A stretch of DNA of 61,852 bases from Candidatus Eiseniibacteriota bacterium (lineage in GTDB: Bacteria > Eisenbacteria > RBG-16-71-46 > CAIMUX01 > VGJL01), in contig JBHGAY010000030.1 of NCBI GenBank assembly GCA_041946735.1, forward strand, positions 1-61,852. The letters run 5' to 3'. Each line of letters opens with the position of its first letter. Position 1 is the first letter of the stretch. Positions 49,875-59,571 of the stretch are shown in pieces. The notes beneath the pieces are model-generated. The model did no database searches and was not told the origin of the DNA. It saw nothing but the letters and a program-made list of their open reading frames with translations. A program made the position numbers and the translations under genes.

Positions 49875-50956
49875 GCGGGTCGGCGGTTCCGCCGCGCGCG
49901 CAGGCGCCCGCGGTAAAGATCCGCGAAGTAGCCGGTGATCTCCGCCTCCATCAGCGATCGCGAGAAGCGGCCGTCCGGCCGGATGGCGAGCCCCTCTCCG
50001 ACGCCAAGCCGCGGAATCCGGAAGCGATCGTCCCCCGGCCCCGCGATCCCCAGATCGGTCGTTGTCGCGGATCGGTAGCCCGCCCGATCGACGAGAGCAA
50101 CGGTCGTCTCGTCGTACCCGCCGCCGGGATAGCAGAAGTGGACCACCGGCGCGCCGATCGCCGCCTCGAGGTCCGCGCGCGATTGTTCGATCTCTCCCCG
50201 CTGGGTCTCGGGCGACTCGGACGGCAGGTACGGGTGGCTGACGGTGTGCGAGCCGATCGTGAAACCCATCGCGTGCAGCTCCCGCGCGTCCGCGGCCGAC
50301 AGGACCGGGGGCGTCTCTTCCTCGGCCTCTTCGCGCGCGACCTCGAGATCGGCTCCGAGCCGGGCGAGAGCGGACTCAATCGCTTCCGCCGGCAGTTTGC
50401 GGAGGCGGCCGATCAGCTTTGCGGTCGCCGCGGCCCGGGCCGCTTCACCGTCCAACGGGAAACGGACGGTGGCGTCGATCGGATCGCCGACGGCGCGCGC
50501 GCGCGTTCGGCGGAGCATGGCGGCGACCGTCTCGGGCCAGAACGGCATCCGCTTGGTGAAACAGGCGGAACTGACGTAGAAGGTTGCGGGCAGGCCGAGG
50601 CGCGCGAGGATCGGAGCGGCGTGGGTCCGGTTGTCGCGATAGCCGTCGTCGAAGGTGAGGACGACGAGGTCCTCGGCCGGCGGCGTGCGACGCCCGTCCT
50701 GCGCGCGGTCGAGGTACTCGTCGAGCGATACCACGCGGCACGCGCGGGCGAGCCATTCCATCTGCGTCTCGAACAGGCGCGCGTCGATCCCCATGCGGTA
50801 GTACGAAGGCGATTCCTCGGGCGGGATCACACGGTGGTAGCGAAGCAGCACGCCGAAGCGACGGTCCCGCCGCCGCCGGGCCGCGTGCCGGGCCGGGAAA
50901 CCGAGCCGCGAGAGGACGCCGGCCGCGAGCCAGCGTGCCGCGCCGCGCGCGATCAT
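49853..50956 (-). CDS. Polysaccharide deacetylase (CE4)
   Basis: LRYHRV, LTFDDGYRDN, GSHTVSHP, FCYPGG. Confidence 0.92.
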   Translation of the reverse strand: MIARGAARWLAAGVLSRLGFPARHAARRRRDRRFGVLLRYHRVIPPEESPSYYRMGIDARLFETQMEWLARACRVVSLDEYLDRAQDGRRTPPAEDLVVLTFDDGYRDNRTHAAPILARLGLPATFYVSSACFTKRMPFWPETVAAMLRRTRARAVGDPIDATVRFPLDGEAARAAATAKLIGRLRKLPAEAIESALARLGADLEVAREEAEEETPPVLSAADARELHAMGFTIGSHTVSHPYLPSESPETQRGEIEQSRADLEAAIGAPVVHFCYPGGGYDETTVALVDRAGYRSATTTDLGIAGPGDDRFRIPRLGVGEGLAIRPDGRFSRSLMEAEITGYFADLYRGRLRARRNRRPAAEPMPG

Positions 50957-52137
50957 CGGAGCGCGATCTCCCGGTAGAGCCGCGCATACGCGGCGGCCAT
51001 CCGGTCGGCCGAGAAACGATCGAGGATGCGCCGGCGCGCCTGCTCCCCGATCGAGGCGCGCCGTGCCGGATCGCGCAGCAGGGCGGCGATCCGCTCCGCG
51101 GCGCCCGCCGCGTCTCCGCGCGCGACCATCTCTCCCGAGACGCCCGGCTCGATCAGCTCGCCCGCTCCTCCCGCATCGGTCGCGACGACCGGCAGGCCGA
51201 GCAGCATCGCCTCCATCACGGAGTTGCTCATCCCTTCGACGTCGGAGAGGCTGAGGAGCAGGTCGCTCGCCGCAAGCGTCTCGCGAGCGCCGGCGACGAG
51301 GCCGAGAAAGCGGACGGCATTCTCGATTCCGCGCTCGGCGATCTGCGAGCGGAACGCGGCCGAAGTCTGCCGGTACTGCCGGTTGCTCGTTTCGTCGCCC
51401 GCGATGAGGACGAGCAGATCGGGGGACGCGCGGCGCACCGCCTCGATCACTTCCGGCAGATGCTCGTAGCCCTTTCCGGGACGGAAGTGCGCGAGATAAG
51501 AGATCGTGGGTCGCGCGCCCGCTTCCAGGGCCCGTCGCGCCGACTCCCGCTCGTCGCGACCGATCGCCGGCTCATTCTCGATCCCGTTGCCGATGACGAC
51601 GATTCGCGCGCGGGAGCCGGGCTCGAGACGGCGCACGCTTTCGGCCACCCTCTCCGCGTTGCCGACGACAACGTCTGCGAACCGTCCCGTCAGGCGCAGG
51701 AGGCGCAGGCGACGCGCGTCGAGCTGATCGTCCACGTTCCGGCGGCTCGTCACGATGCGCACGCCGGGAAGAACGGGCTTCAGGCAGGGGGCGAGGATGT
51801 CGAACGTCGGAAGGAACGTTTGCACGATGTCGATGCGGTGGCGGCGGACGATCCGCGCGACGTCGAGGAGCACGCGAGGAGGCCAGAGGCGGCGTGGCGC
51901 GGCGTGGAGCCGGTCGATCGTCACTCCCGCGCCCCGCAGCTGCTCGGCGGCCGCTGGCGGGAGCTGGAAGCAGGCGAGGCGCGTCACGATACCATGGGCG
52001 GGAAGGCGCGATGCGAGGAGCTGCGCCTGCTTCTCCGCGCCCGCGCGACCGAGGCTGTCGATCAGCAGCAGGACGCGGGGAGAGCCGGAGCTTGCCGCGC
52101 CACGGGGCGCGGCCAGGTCGGCCGGCCGCGCGCTCAT
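50953..52137 (-). CDS. Glycosyltransferase family 4
   Basis: GAEKQ, EGMSNSVMEAM, PVVATDAGG. Confidence 0.9.
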   Translation of the reverse strand: MSARPADLAAPRGAASSGSPRVLLLIDSLGRAGAEKQAQLLASRLPAHGIVTRLACFQLPPAAAEQLRGAGVTIDRLHAAPRRLWPPRVLLDVARIVRRHRIDIVQTFLPTFDILAPCLKPVLPGVRIVTSRRNVDDQLDARRLRLLRLTGRFADVVVGNAERVAESVRRLEPGSRARIVVIGNGIENEPAIGRDERESARRALEAGARPTISYLAHFRPGKGYEHLPEVIEAVRRASPDLLVLIAGDETSNRQYRQTSAAFRSQIAERGIENAVRFLGLVAGARETLAASDLLLSLSDVEGMSNSVMEAMLLGLPVVATDAGGAGELIEPGVSGEMVARGDAAGAAERIAALLRDPARRASIGEQARRRILDRFSADRMAAAYARLYREIALR

Positions 52138-53423
52138 CGCATGCGCAAGCGGCTCTTCACCCATACGGTGCCCCGCTTGCCAAGGACGCCGCGCGCCACT
52201 CGGCCCGCCCGCCGGCGGGTCCACGCGACCACCATCCCGGTCCTGTCGGCGAAGCTGTCGCTGTGAAAGACGATGTCCCATCCCCGCCGTTCCCGCGGCG
52301 CGAGACGCGACTTGTACGGATCCGACCCGCGCAGGAAGTCGAACTCGACCGCTCCTTCCTCGATCGCCCTACGGATCGCCGCCAGCACCATCAGCGTCCC
52401 GACCCCGTAGGCGCGCAGGTCGGGATCATGGCCGAGCTGGTAGTAATGGATCGTCCGGCCTCCGGCGAAACAGAGGATGGCAGCGACCGGCTTCTCGTCG
52501 CAGGTGAGCGCCAGCAGTCGCAACGTCCCGGAGCGAAACGCGCGCCGCGCGTGGAGCCGATGGAACAGGCGAAAGCGCGGGTCGTCGAACACTCCGATCC
52601 GGTCACGCTCGCGCCAGGCTCGGGTGTGCAACCTCTCGAGCACTTCCATCGCGCGATCGACCTCCTCGATCGTCGCCGCCCCGGCGCAGTCGACCGAGAA
52701 GGAATCCTCGAGCTTTCGCCAGCCCAGCTTCACGTTCGATCGCATCTTGCGGGAGAGGCGGGCGAGGAACTCGTCCCAGGTCGGAGGCAGCTCTGCGTAG
52801 GGGCACTGCGTTCTCACGCGATCGAGGACGGTCGCCCCCGTGCCCCGCACGGATTCGAGCAGGGCAGGCGCCGCGCCCGTCGCGCCCGTCGAGCCCGTGG
52901 AGTCCGTGGAGCCCGTGGAGCCCGGCCGATCCCCAGCGTCCTCGGGGCGCAACAGGTCCCGCAGCTCGATCCGATCCCACCTGCCGCGCCGAGCGTGGAG
53001 CGCCGCATGAAGAGCGGCGGCGAACCGCTTCTCCATCCCCGGTTCGCAGGGAAGGGTCAGATGGTCGGGGCAGAGCGGGCCGTCGCCGATCATGTGCAGG
53101 ACGCGGATGCGCGGTCCCAGAGGCATCAGGCGGCGGCGCGAAAGGACGAGCGGCGCGATGCCGATCACGCGGCCGCCGAGCCGGCCGACCGCGACGCGGT
53201 AGGCGGTCGGGTGCGGGCTCCGGCGCGCGTAGGCGACGGTCCACGAACGGATCCAGTCCCACCGGAGGAACGGGAGACGGCAATCCCAGGCGTCGAGATG
53301 CGAATCCCACTCGCGCCCGAAACGGAGGAGGGACGGCAGATCGTCCAGCCATTGGATCTCGACCGCGCCGTCGCCGGCGCCGCCCTCGCGGCGCCCCGCC
53401 CGTGTTTCTGCCTCTCGCGCCAT
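52134..53423 (-). CDS. GNAT acetyltransferase, CelD/BcsL type
   Basis: PFLRWDW, LPPTWDEFL, YYQLGHDP, FDFLRGSDPYK. Confidence 0.85.
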   Translation of the reverse strand: MAREAETRAGRREGGAGDGAVEIQWLDDLPSLLRFGREWDSHLDAWDCRLPFLRWDWIRSWTVAYARRSPHPTAYRVAVGRLGGRVIGIAPLVLSRRRLMPLGPRIRVLHMIGDGPLCPDHLTLPCEPGMEKRFAAALHAALHARRGRWDRIELRDLLRPEDAGDRPGSTGSTDSTGSTGATGAAPALLESVRGTGATVLDRVRTQCPYAELPPTWDEFLARLSRKMRSNVKLGWRKLEDSFSVDCAGAATIEEVDRAMEVLERLHTRAWRERDRIGVFDDPRFRLFHRLHARRAFRSGTLRLLALTCDEKPVAAILCFAGGRTIHYYQLGHDPDLRAYGVGTLMVLAAIRRAIEEGAVEFDFLRGSDPYKSRLAPRERRGWDIVFHSDSFADRTGMVVAWTRRRAGRVARGVLGKRGTVWVKSRLRMR

Positions 53424-53568
53424 GCTCGGATCAGTCTAGCGATTCCGCTGGATCGATCCAGCCGTTCCGGGCCGGACAGCCGTTTGACGCCCGGCGGGCG
53501 CAGAAGGGTGAAGGCGTCGCGCCGGCGGCGGGGCAGGCCGCCGCCGGCACATGAGCGGAGGAGGAGAA

Positions 53569-55722
53569 TCAGTACTGGATTTCGTGCGTTCCTTCGCGAC
53601 CGAAGGCGACGACGAGAGTGTCGCCGGGCGCGCGCGTGATCCGCACCACGTCGGCGCCTTGACTCGGCAGCATGCGGGCCGAAATGTCCGGAGAGCCGAG
53701 CGCGCCGACGCGCAGCACCGTGACGAACGTGAGATCCGTGCCGGTGTTCGGAGCCTCCAGCTCGATCCGCCAGTCCCCCGCTTCATTGCCCGGCATCGTG
53801 TTGCGGGCGTCGATGTCGGGAGCGCTGCAGTACTGGCCGCACGGCGGCCAGTTGCGGTCCTCGACCCAGAACTCGTAGGAGCTGGAAGTGCTGTAGGTCA
53901 GCTCCTCGTCCGGCTCCCAAGTCTGCTTCCAGGGAAGCCCTTGCGCGTTCCCGCCGCCCACGACCCGGACAAGGCCCTGCTGGGCGGAAGGGGTGAGGAA
54001 CAACATCTGGCAGACGCTCTCCCCGCGGTAGACGTGAGCGCTGCGCGTGGTGTCCGCCTCGAAGATGCCGCCGGTCGCCAGGGAGCCCCGGATGACGCGC
54101 ATGGCGCCCGGCACCTCGGGCCGGTCGATCATGTGGAACAGGACCTTCGTCTTGAACGATGGCGAGCTTCGCGTGACCTTGTCGCGGATTACGAAAATGT
54201 CCGGCCGGAAGTAGATGAACTCCCGGATCACCTTCGACGTCTTCGTCGCCGCGTAGGCGTCGGTCGCGTCGGCGCGGACGTAGACATGATCCCCGGTGTC
54301 GGCGAAGTCGGTGATCTCGCCGCGCCAGCCGTAAGCTCCGTCCGCATGCGGCCAGTGCAACTCCCCTTCGTCCACGTCGCTCTTGCACTGCTCCCCGTCG
54401 TTCGGAATGCGGCGCGTCTCGTTCTCGTAGTTGGTGTAGTTGCCCAGATCCTCGTTCGGATCGTCGATCAGAACCGTATTGTGAGCGATGGCGCGCACGT
54501 AGTACGGGTAGTAGTGGTCGTCGAGGTCGCTGTGACGAAGCCCACTGTCGATCAAGAGGTTGTCGCCGCCGCGCGCGATGACGAAGTGATTCTGCGTGTG
54601 GCTCTCGACGAGGTCCGGACCGTTGAAGAACCCCGCGTGGATCGTGTGGGAGTTGGGCGTGAAATCCCAATCGCTTCGCATATAGGTCATTCCCGACCCC
54701 GTGCAATGATACGACAGCGTGTCGGGCGGGAAGTCCTGGGGCACGCTCGGGTCGTACCAGAGGATCAACTGCCAGACGGCCAGCTCGTCCCAAAGCGACC
54801 CGTCCGCGACGAAGCGGTTGGCGAGCGATTGCCAGAGCGGATTCCGGAACGCGCTTCCGAAGTAGGAGAAGTAGACCGCCTTGTTCGAGTTCTCCATGTT
54901 CCACTTGCCTGGATTCCGGATGTAGTTCAGATCGCCACGCAGGCGCGCCATCCAGAAGTCCCCCGAGTTGCGGACGAAGCTGCTACGGGTCGCCCAGTCC
55001 TCGCCAAGCGCGGAACGGAGCACCTCCGCGAAGACGAACATGAACTCCGTGCGCACGCCGCCATAGCCGTCGACCGATCCGTAGGTGCCGATCTCGTCCA
55101 TCGCCGGGACGTAGCGTTCCGTGAACCTGCGGTAGCAGATGTCGAATCCGTCCGCCGCGTCGGCATTGGCGTAGCCGTCCCCATAGATCGCCAGCGCGTA
55201 GTCGTAGTAGTTGTCCAGCGGCAGCCAGGGATAACGATCCTCGAAGGCCGGCTTGTCGTCTCGCACGGTCGGAGCAAGGGCGTTGCCGATCGTCGCTCGC
55301 TGCTGGCTCGTCATGCTGTTGTAGAGCCAGTCGTAGGCGAGCGCGACGCTCGAGAGCCGGCCGACCGCGGAACCCTCCCAGTCGGTCTCGTTGCCGTTCT
55401 GCGCGTTCCAGATCGTCGCTTGGATCGCGTAGTCGCGGTAGCGCGTGTCCTGGGTCATGAGCCAGACGAAAGCGAAGTCATCGACGTAGCGGGCGTCCTT
55501 GCGGCCTTCGTCCATGCGCCGGTCGACGAGATCGCGCAGCTTCATGAACATCGCTCGATGCGTCGTCTGGCATCTCTGCCGGAGGACCGGCAGCAGCTCC
55601 GGGGTCAACAAGAGACGCGGGTGCGAGGTGCGCACCGTGTAGGCATGGCTTGCGGCGGGGAACAAGACGAGGAGGGTGGCGACGAACAGAAACACGGCGG
55701 CCAGGGATCGGCGTTGCATCAT
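53569..55722 (-). CDS. Secreted heparinase II/III-like (DUF4962-type) polysaccharide lyase
   Basis: Signal peptide; HPRLLLT; ALAYDWLY; MRSDW; H...NHFVI...LLIDSG; AHNTVLI. Confidence 0.75.
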   Translation of the reverse strand: MMQRRSLAAVFLFVATLLVLFPAASHAYTVRTSHPRLLLTPELLPVLRQRCQTTHRAMFMKLRDLVDRRMDEGRKDARYVDDFAFVWLMTQDTRYRDYAIQATIWNAQNGNETDWEGSAVGRLSSVALAYDWLYNSMTSQQRATIGNALAPTVRDDKPAFEDRYPWLPLDNYYDYALAIYGDGYANADAADGFDICYRRFTERYVPAMDEIGTYGSVDGYGGVRTEFMFVFAEVLRSALGEDWATRSSFVRNSGDFWMARLRGDLNYIRNPGKWNMENSNKAVYFSYFGSAFRNPLWQSLANRFVADGSLWDELAVWQLILWYDPSVPQDFPPDTLSYHCTGSGMTYMRSDWDFTPNSHTIHAGFFNGPDLVESHTQNHFVIARGGDNLLIDSGLRHSDLDDHYYPYYVRAIAHNTVLIDDPNEDLGNYTNYENETRRIPNDGEQCKSDVDEGELHWPHADGAYGWRGEITDFADTGDHVYVRADATDAYAATKTSKVIREFIYFRPDIFVIRDKVTRSSPSFKTKVLFHMIDRPEVPGAMRVIRGSLATGGIFEADTTRSAHVYRGESVCQMLFLTPSAQQGLVRVVGGGNAQGLPWKQTWEPDEELTYSTSSSYEFWVEDRNWPPCGQYCSAPDIDARNTMPGNEAGDWRIELEAPNTGTDLTFVTVLRVGALGSPDISARMLPSQGADVVRITRAPGDTLVVAFGREGTHEIQY

Positions 55723-55740
55723 GCGACTCCTGAAGGGCCC

Positions 55741-56826
55741 CTAGAACCGTTGGCCGGACCTCGCCCGGAAGACGAGGCCGAACGTGTAGGAGTAGGCCTT
55801 CCTCCAATTCCCTCGGCAGGCATGGATGAAGGCTGCATGAAGAATGTAGACAAGCAGCCTCGGATACTCCAACAAGTAGTAGCGGAGTGCATAGATCCGG
55901 CCGCCACGAACGAGTTCCCTGTCCCATTTCCGCCAATGTCGCAGGATGCGGGATGCGTCTGGATGGGGGAGAGGTCCGCCTTGACCGGGCAGGAGCAGCG
56001 GCGTGCGATTCGCACGTATCGTCCCTGTAGCGTCGATTTCCGCATCGAGCAGGATGCCGATCCTCCGGCTCCTCCTTCCCACAATCGTGCGGATCTCCCC
56101 TTGATAGGCGTCGAAGAGGAAATCGCCCAATCCAGCGGCAGCGAGACGGCCCTCGTGCAAGTACGCGCCGGCCGGCACATGCGCGTGTGCGCAGAGGACG
56201 AGACCGGCGCCGGCCTGCAGTAGCCGCAGGCAGGCGGCGCGATGCTCCGGAGAGGGGCGGCGCAGGTACATCCGGCCGAGATGGAGGGCCACGATCACGA
56301 AGCGGCCCTCGGCGCGCAGGGCAACGATCTGCTCCTGGGCCTCGACCACGCGGAAGGGGGCGGAGCCTGGGCTGGTCGCCGTCGCATTCGCCCGGCATCG
56401 CATCGAGTAGCCGACGAGCGCGAGCCGATGCGGGCCGTCGATCCGCACCGGCCGCCGGGCTTCCTCCTCGTCGGCCCCCGCGCCGAAGGGAACGATCCCG
56501 GCCTCCCGCAACCGCTCGATCGTGAAGGCGAGCCCCTCCGGTCCCATATCCATCACGTGATTGTTCGCGAGCGAGAGGTGCGTGAATCCCCAGGATCGCA
56601 GAAGCTGCGCGGATTGCGGGGGGGCGCAGCCGGTCGCAGGCGCCGGCGCCCGTCCCTCCGGGCCGGTCTTGGATGGGGCGCCGAGGGGGATCTCGAGATT
56701 GCCGAGGACGACTTCCGCGCCGCGCAAGAGCGCGCGCGTCGGACCGAGAAGCGACTCCGGATCGCGGAGCGCCGTGTCCGCGTGCCGGCCATGGATCCCG
56801 ATGTCGCCGACCGCAACGATCCGCAT
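55741..56826 (-). CDS. CapA (PGA_cap) family metallophosphoesterase-fold protein
   Basis: VGDI, GNLE, SLANNHVMDMG, HAHV, LGDFLF. Confidence 0.87.
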   Translation of the reverse strand: MRIVAVGDIGIHGRHADTALRDPESLLGPTRALLRGAEVVLGNLEIPLGAPSKTGPEGRAPAPATGCAPPQSAQLLRSWGFTHLSLANNHVMDMGPEGLAFTIERLREAGIVPFGAGADEEEARRPVRIDGPHRLALVGYSMRCRANATATSPGSAPFRVVEAQEQIVALRAEGRFVIVALHLGRMYLRRPSPEHRAACLRLLQAGAGLVLCAHAHVPAGAYLHEGRLAAAGLGDFLFDAYQGEIRTIVGRRSRRIGILLDAEIDATGTIRANRTPLLLPGQGGPLPHPDASRILRHWRKWDRELVRGGRIYALRYYLLEYPRLLVYILHAAFIHACRGNWRKAYSYTFGLVFRARSGQRF

Positions 56827-56862
56827 GCCGCTCCCGCTTTCCTCCAGGGTCCTGGTCCTCAG

Positions 56863-56978
56863 GCGTCGACTCCGGCTCGGGGGCCGACGCCGGATTAGCG
56901 TCGATTCCGGCTCAGGTGTCGACCCCGGCTCTGCGTCGACTCCGGCTCTGCGTCGACTCCGGCTCTGCGTCGACTCCG
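56863..56978. repeat. 17/18-bp tandem repeat (GCGTCGACTCCGGCTCT)
   Basis: Units at 56863, 56898, 56916, 56933, 56950, 56967, overlapping the 3' end of the glycosyltransferase gene. Confidence 0.85.
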
Positions 56979-58102
56979 TCGTCTACTGCGCGCCGCGCGC
57001 CCCCTCGCCTCCGGTCGAGGGCGGCCCGATAGTCCTCCTCGATTCGCGCCGCCTCCTCGTCGAGAGAGAATCGCGCCTTCACGACCTCGGAGGCGCGTTC
57101 CACGATCGGCCGCCGATCCTCGGGCGAGGAGAGTAGCCGCCCGAGCGCGGCGACGAGCCCGGGGATCTCTCCGGGCGGAACGAGAATCCCCGCCTCCCCG
57201 CCGGCGAGCATGTCGGGGATCGCGCCGACCGCCGACGCGACGACTGCGGTTTCCGCCGCCATGGCTTCGAGGATGGACAGCGGCATCGCCTCGCGATGCG
57301 ACGGCAGAACGAACACCGTCGCCTCCCAGAGGAAGGGCCGGACGTCCTGCTGCACGCCTGCGAACCGCACGCTGCCATCGATCCCCCGCTCGCGGGCGAC
57401 GCGTTCGAGATCGGCGCGAAGCGGCCCATCCCCGACCAGGGTCAGGCGCGCGGCGGGATGGCGCCGGGCGATCTCCTGCCACGCCTCGAGCAGCCCAGCG
57501 TGATTCTTCACCGGCGTCAAGCTCGCGACGCAGACGACGGCCTGCGGATCCCGGCGAAGAGCATCGGGCGGCCGGTAGCGCTCGATGCGAATGCCGTTGG
57601 GAAGCAGTCGCAGAACCGTCCGCGGGACATGGTGGCGGTTGCGCAGGAGATTCGCCAGATCCTCGCTGACCGCGTAGACCACGTCGCACCGCCGGAACAG
57701 AATCCGGTCGATCCAGATCCGGTGCGCCTTCTGCGCGATCTTCCGCCCGCTATGATCGTGGCAGGCAAGGACCAGACGTGGATGCGCAAGCGCGATCGTG
57801 CGGGCCCAGGTGTTCGCCTCGAAGTTGTGGGAGTGCAGCACGTCGGGTCGAAAGGAGCGGATCGCTCCGTCAAGAAACGGAAGGATGCGGGGGCTCAGCC
57901 GGCTGCGCCGGTCGAGCGCGCGCATCTGCATGCCGGCCGGCGCCTCGCGCTCGAACAAGGGGCCGTTCGCGCGGTTCGCGAGGAGCAGGACTTCGTGGCC
58001 GCGGCGGGCGAGCGCGGCGGAAAGCTCGAAGCCGAACGTCTCCGCCCCCCCGATCACCGTCTGCGACACGAGCTGGACGATGCGCAGCCGGCGCTCGCTC
58101 AA
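56912..58102 (-). CDS. Glycosyltransferase family 4
   Basis: IGGAE, KNHAGL, LVGDG, EAMPLSILEAMA; TTG start overlaps the upstream TGA. Confidence 0.88.
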   Translation of the reverse strand: MSERRLRIVQLVSQTVIGGAETFGFELSAALARRGHEVLLLANRANGPLFEREAPAGMQMRALDRRSRLSPRILPFLDGAIRSFRPDVLHSHNFEANTWARTIALAHPRLVLACHDHSGRKIAQKAHRIWIDRILFRRCDVVYAVSEDLANLLRNRHHVPRTVLRLLPNGIRIERYRPPDALRRDPQAVVCVASLTPVKNHAGLLEAWQEIARRHPAARLTLVGDGPLRADLERVARERGIDGSVRFAGVQQDVRPFLWEATVFVLPSHREAMPLSILEAMAAETAVVASAVGAIPDMLAGGEAGILVPPGEIPGLVAALGRLLSSPEDRRPIVERASEVVKARFSLDEEAARIEEDYRAALDRRRGGARRAVDDGVDAEPESTQSRSRRRAGVDT

Positions 58103-59571
58103 CGCGGCGCCTCCGCCGAGGCCCCGCCCGGCGGGGTGGCGCCGATCGCCGCGACGTTGCGCAATCCCGCCGGGATGCTGTTCACCTGATAGCGCACCTT
58201 CCCCGCCCGCGTTCGCGGGAGCTCGGGGACGAGCTGCACCTCGACCTGCATGCGGTCGGTGAAGATCCGCCGGATCCTCGTCCGCACCTCCTCCTCCCAC
58301 GCCGGACCGTATCCTTCGCTCGGCACGACCCGCACGATCAGGCGGTCGAGCGCTGTCTGCTCGAGCTGCGATTCGCGCACGCCGCCGATGCCCTTGAAGA
58401 TCCCGTCGAGACGGGTCTGCACGCGGCCGTCCGGAGTGACGAGGTTGTCGTCCAGCCGCCCGATCACCCGCGTGACGGTCGGGAAGCGGAGGCCGCAAGC
58501 GCACGGCTCGGCGTCGCGCGGCCCGACGATCGCCTGGTCCCGGGTGCGGTAGCGCAGCAACGGCATAGCCCGGTTGAGGAATCCCGTCGAGACGATCTCC
58601 CGCACCTCCCCTTCGTCGTCGTAGGGGGTGGCGCCGAGGTCGGTGCGGCTGGGAAGCAGCTCGGTGTAGCCGTAGTCGGGACGGACGTGGTGCCGTCCCT
58701 CCGGACATTCGAAAATCCACGCCACGTTCTCGGCGAGCCCGTAGACGTTCACGACCTTCGCGCCCATCGCCGTCGCGATCCGCTCGCGCTGCCAATCGAA
58801 GAGGGTCTCCGAGAGAGCGAAGACAGCGTGCACGCCGGTGAGCTGCACGCCACGCCGCACCATATGTTCTGCGAGGACGGTCAGCGCGGACGGGAAGCAG
58901 ACGACTTCCTCCGGCTTCCATTCGAGAAGCTTCTCGACGTACGAAGGAAGGAACTCCTCCGAGAGATGGAAGAGGGAGAAATAGACATTGTTTTCGGCAG
59001 GCTCGAAGCGCCAGAACGGCAGCTTCCGCTGTCGCGTGGGGACGACCATCCGCGTGCCGAACGTGGCGCGGCGCATCCCCATCCGGACTCCGTGCAGCTC
59101 CTTTGTCGCCTGGTAGTGCGCCCAGTTACGCTGGTAGGACTCCGCCGTCTTCATCGTGCGCAGCGGGCGCCCCGTCGTCCCGCTCGTGTTGCCATAGATC
59201 GGCTTGCCGCCCGGGCTGCTCGAATGGAAGCGGGCGGGATCGGCGTTGATCGTCTTCTTCTCGAGTGGAGGCAGGATCTCGATCTCCGAGGGATCGCGGA
59301 GCGAGCGGGCGAGCTTCGCGAGAGGCTCGAGCCGCTCTGCCTCCCGCCAGTAGGGTACGTGCGCGACCGCCTCGGCGAGGATCGCGCGCATCCGTTCCAC
59401 CTGCACGGCGCGCATCGACGCCGCGTCCATGCGGTCGCCGGCGCGGATTCGCTCGCGCTCGTCGTCATGGAACCCGCCGAAGCGCATTCGATGGAGCTTG
59501 CGCCCGTAATACGAGACGATCGCCTGCTGCGCCGAGATCGGCAACCGCTCGTAGATTGCCATCGTGTTCAC
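58099..59571 (-). CDS. Phenylacetate-CoA ligase/CapK-like adenylate-forming protein
   Basis: TSGTTGRP, YGLAE, MPLLRYRTRD, GRLDD, GKVR; GTGA overlap with the upstream gene. Confidence 0.88.
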   Translation of the reverse strand: MNTMAIYERLPISAQQAIVSYYGRKLHRMRFGGFHDDERERIRAGDRMDAASMRAVQVERMRAILAEAVAHVPYWREAERLEPLAKLARSLRDPSEIEILPPLEKKTINADPARFHSSSPGGKPIYGNTSGTTGRPLRTMKTAESYQRNWAHYQATKELHGVRMGMRRATFGTRMVVPTRQRKLPFWRFEPAENNVYFSLFHLSEEFLPSYVEKLLEWKPEEVVCFPSALTVLAEHMVRRGVQLTGVHAVFALSETLFDWQRERIATAMGAKVVNVYGLAENVAWIFECPEGRHHVRPDYGYTELLPSRTDLGATPYDDEGEVREIVSTGFLNRAMPLLRYRTRDQAIVGPRDAEPCACGLRFPTVTRVIGRLDDNLVTPDGRVQTRLDGIFKGIGGVRESQLEQTALDRLIVRVVPSEGYGPAWEEEVRTRIRRIFTDRMQVEVQLVPELPRTRAGKVRYQVNSIPAGLRNVAAIGATPPGGASAEAPR

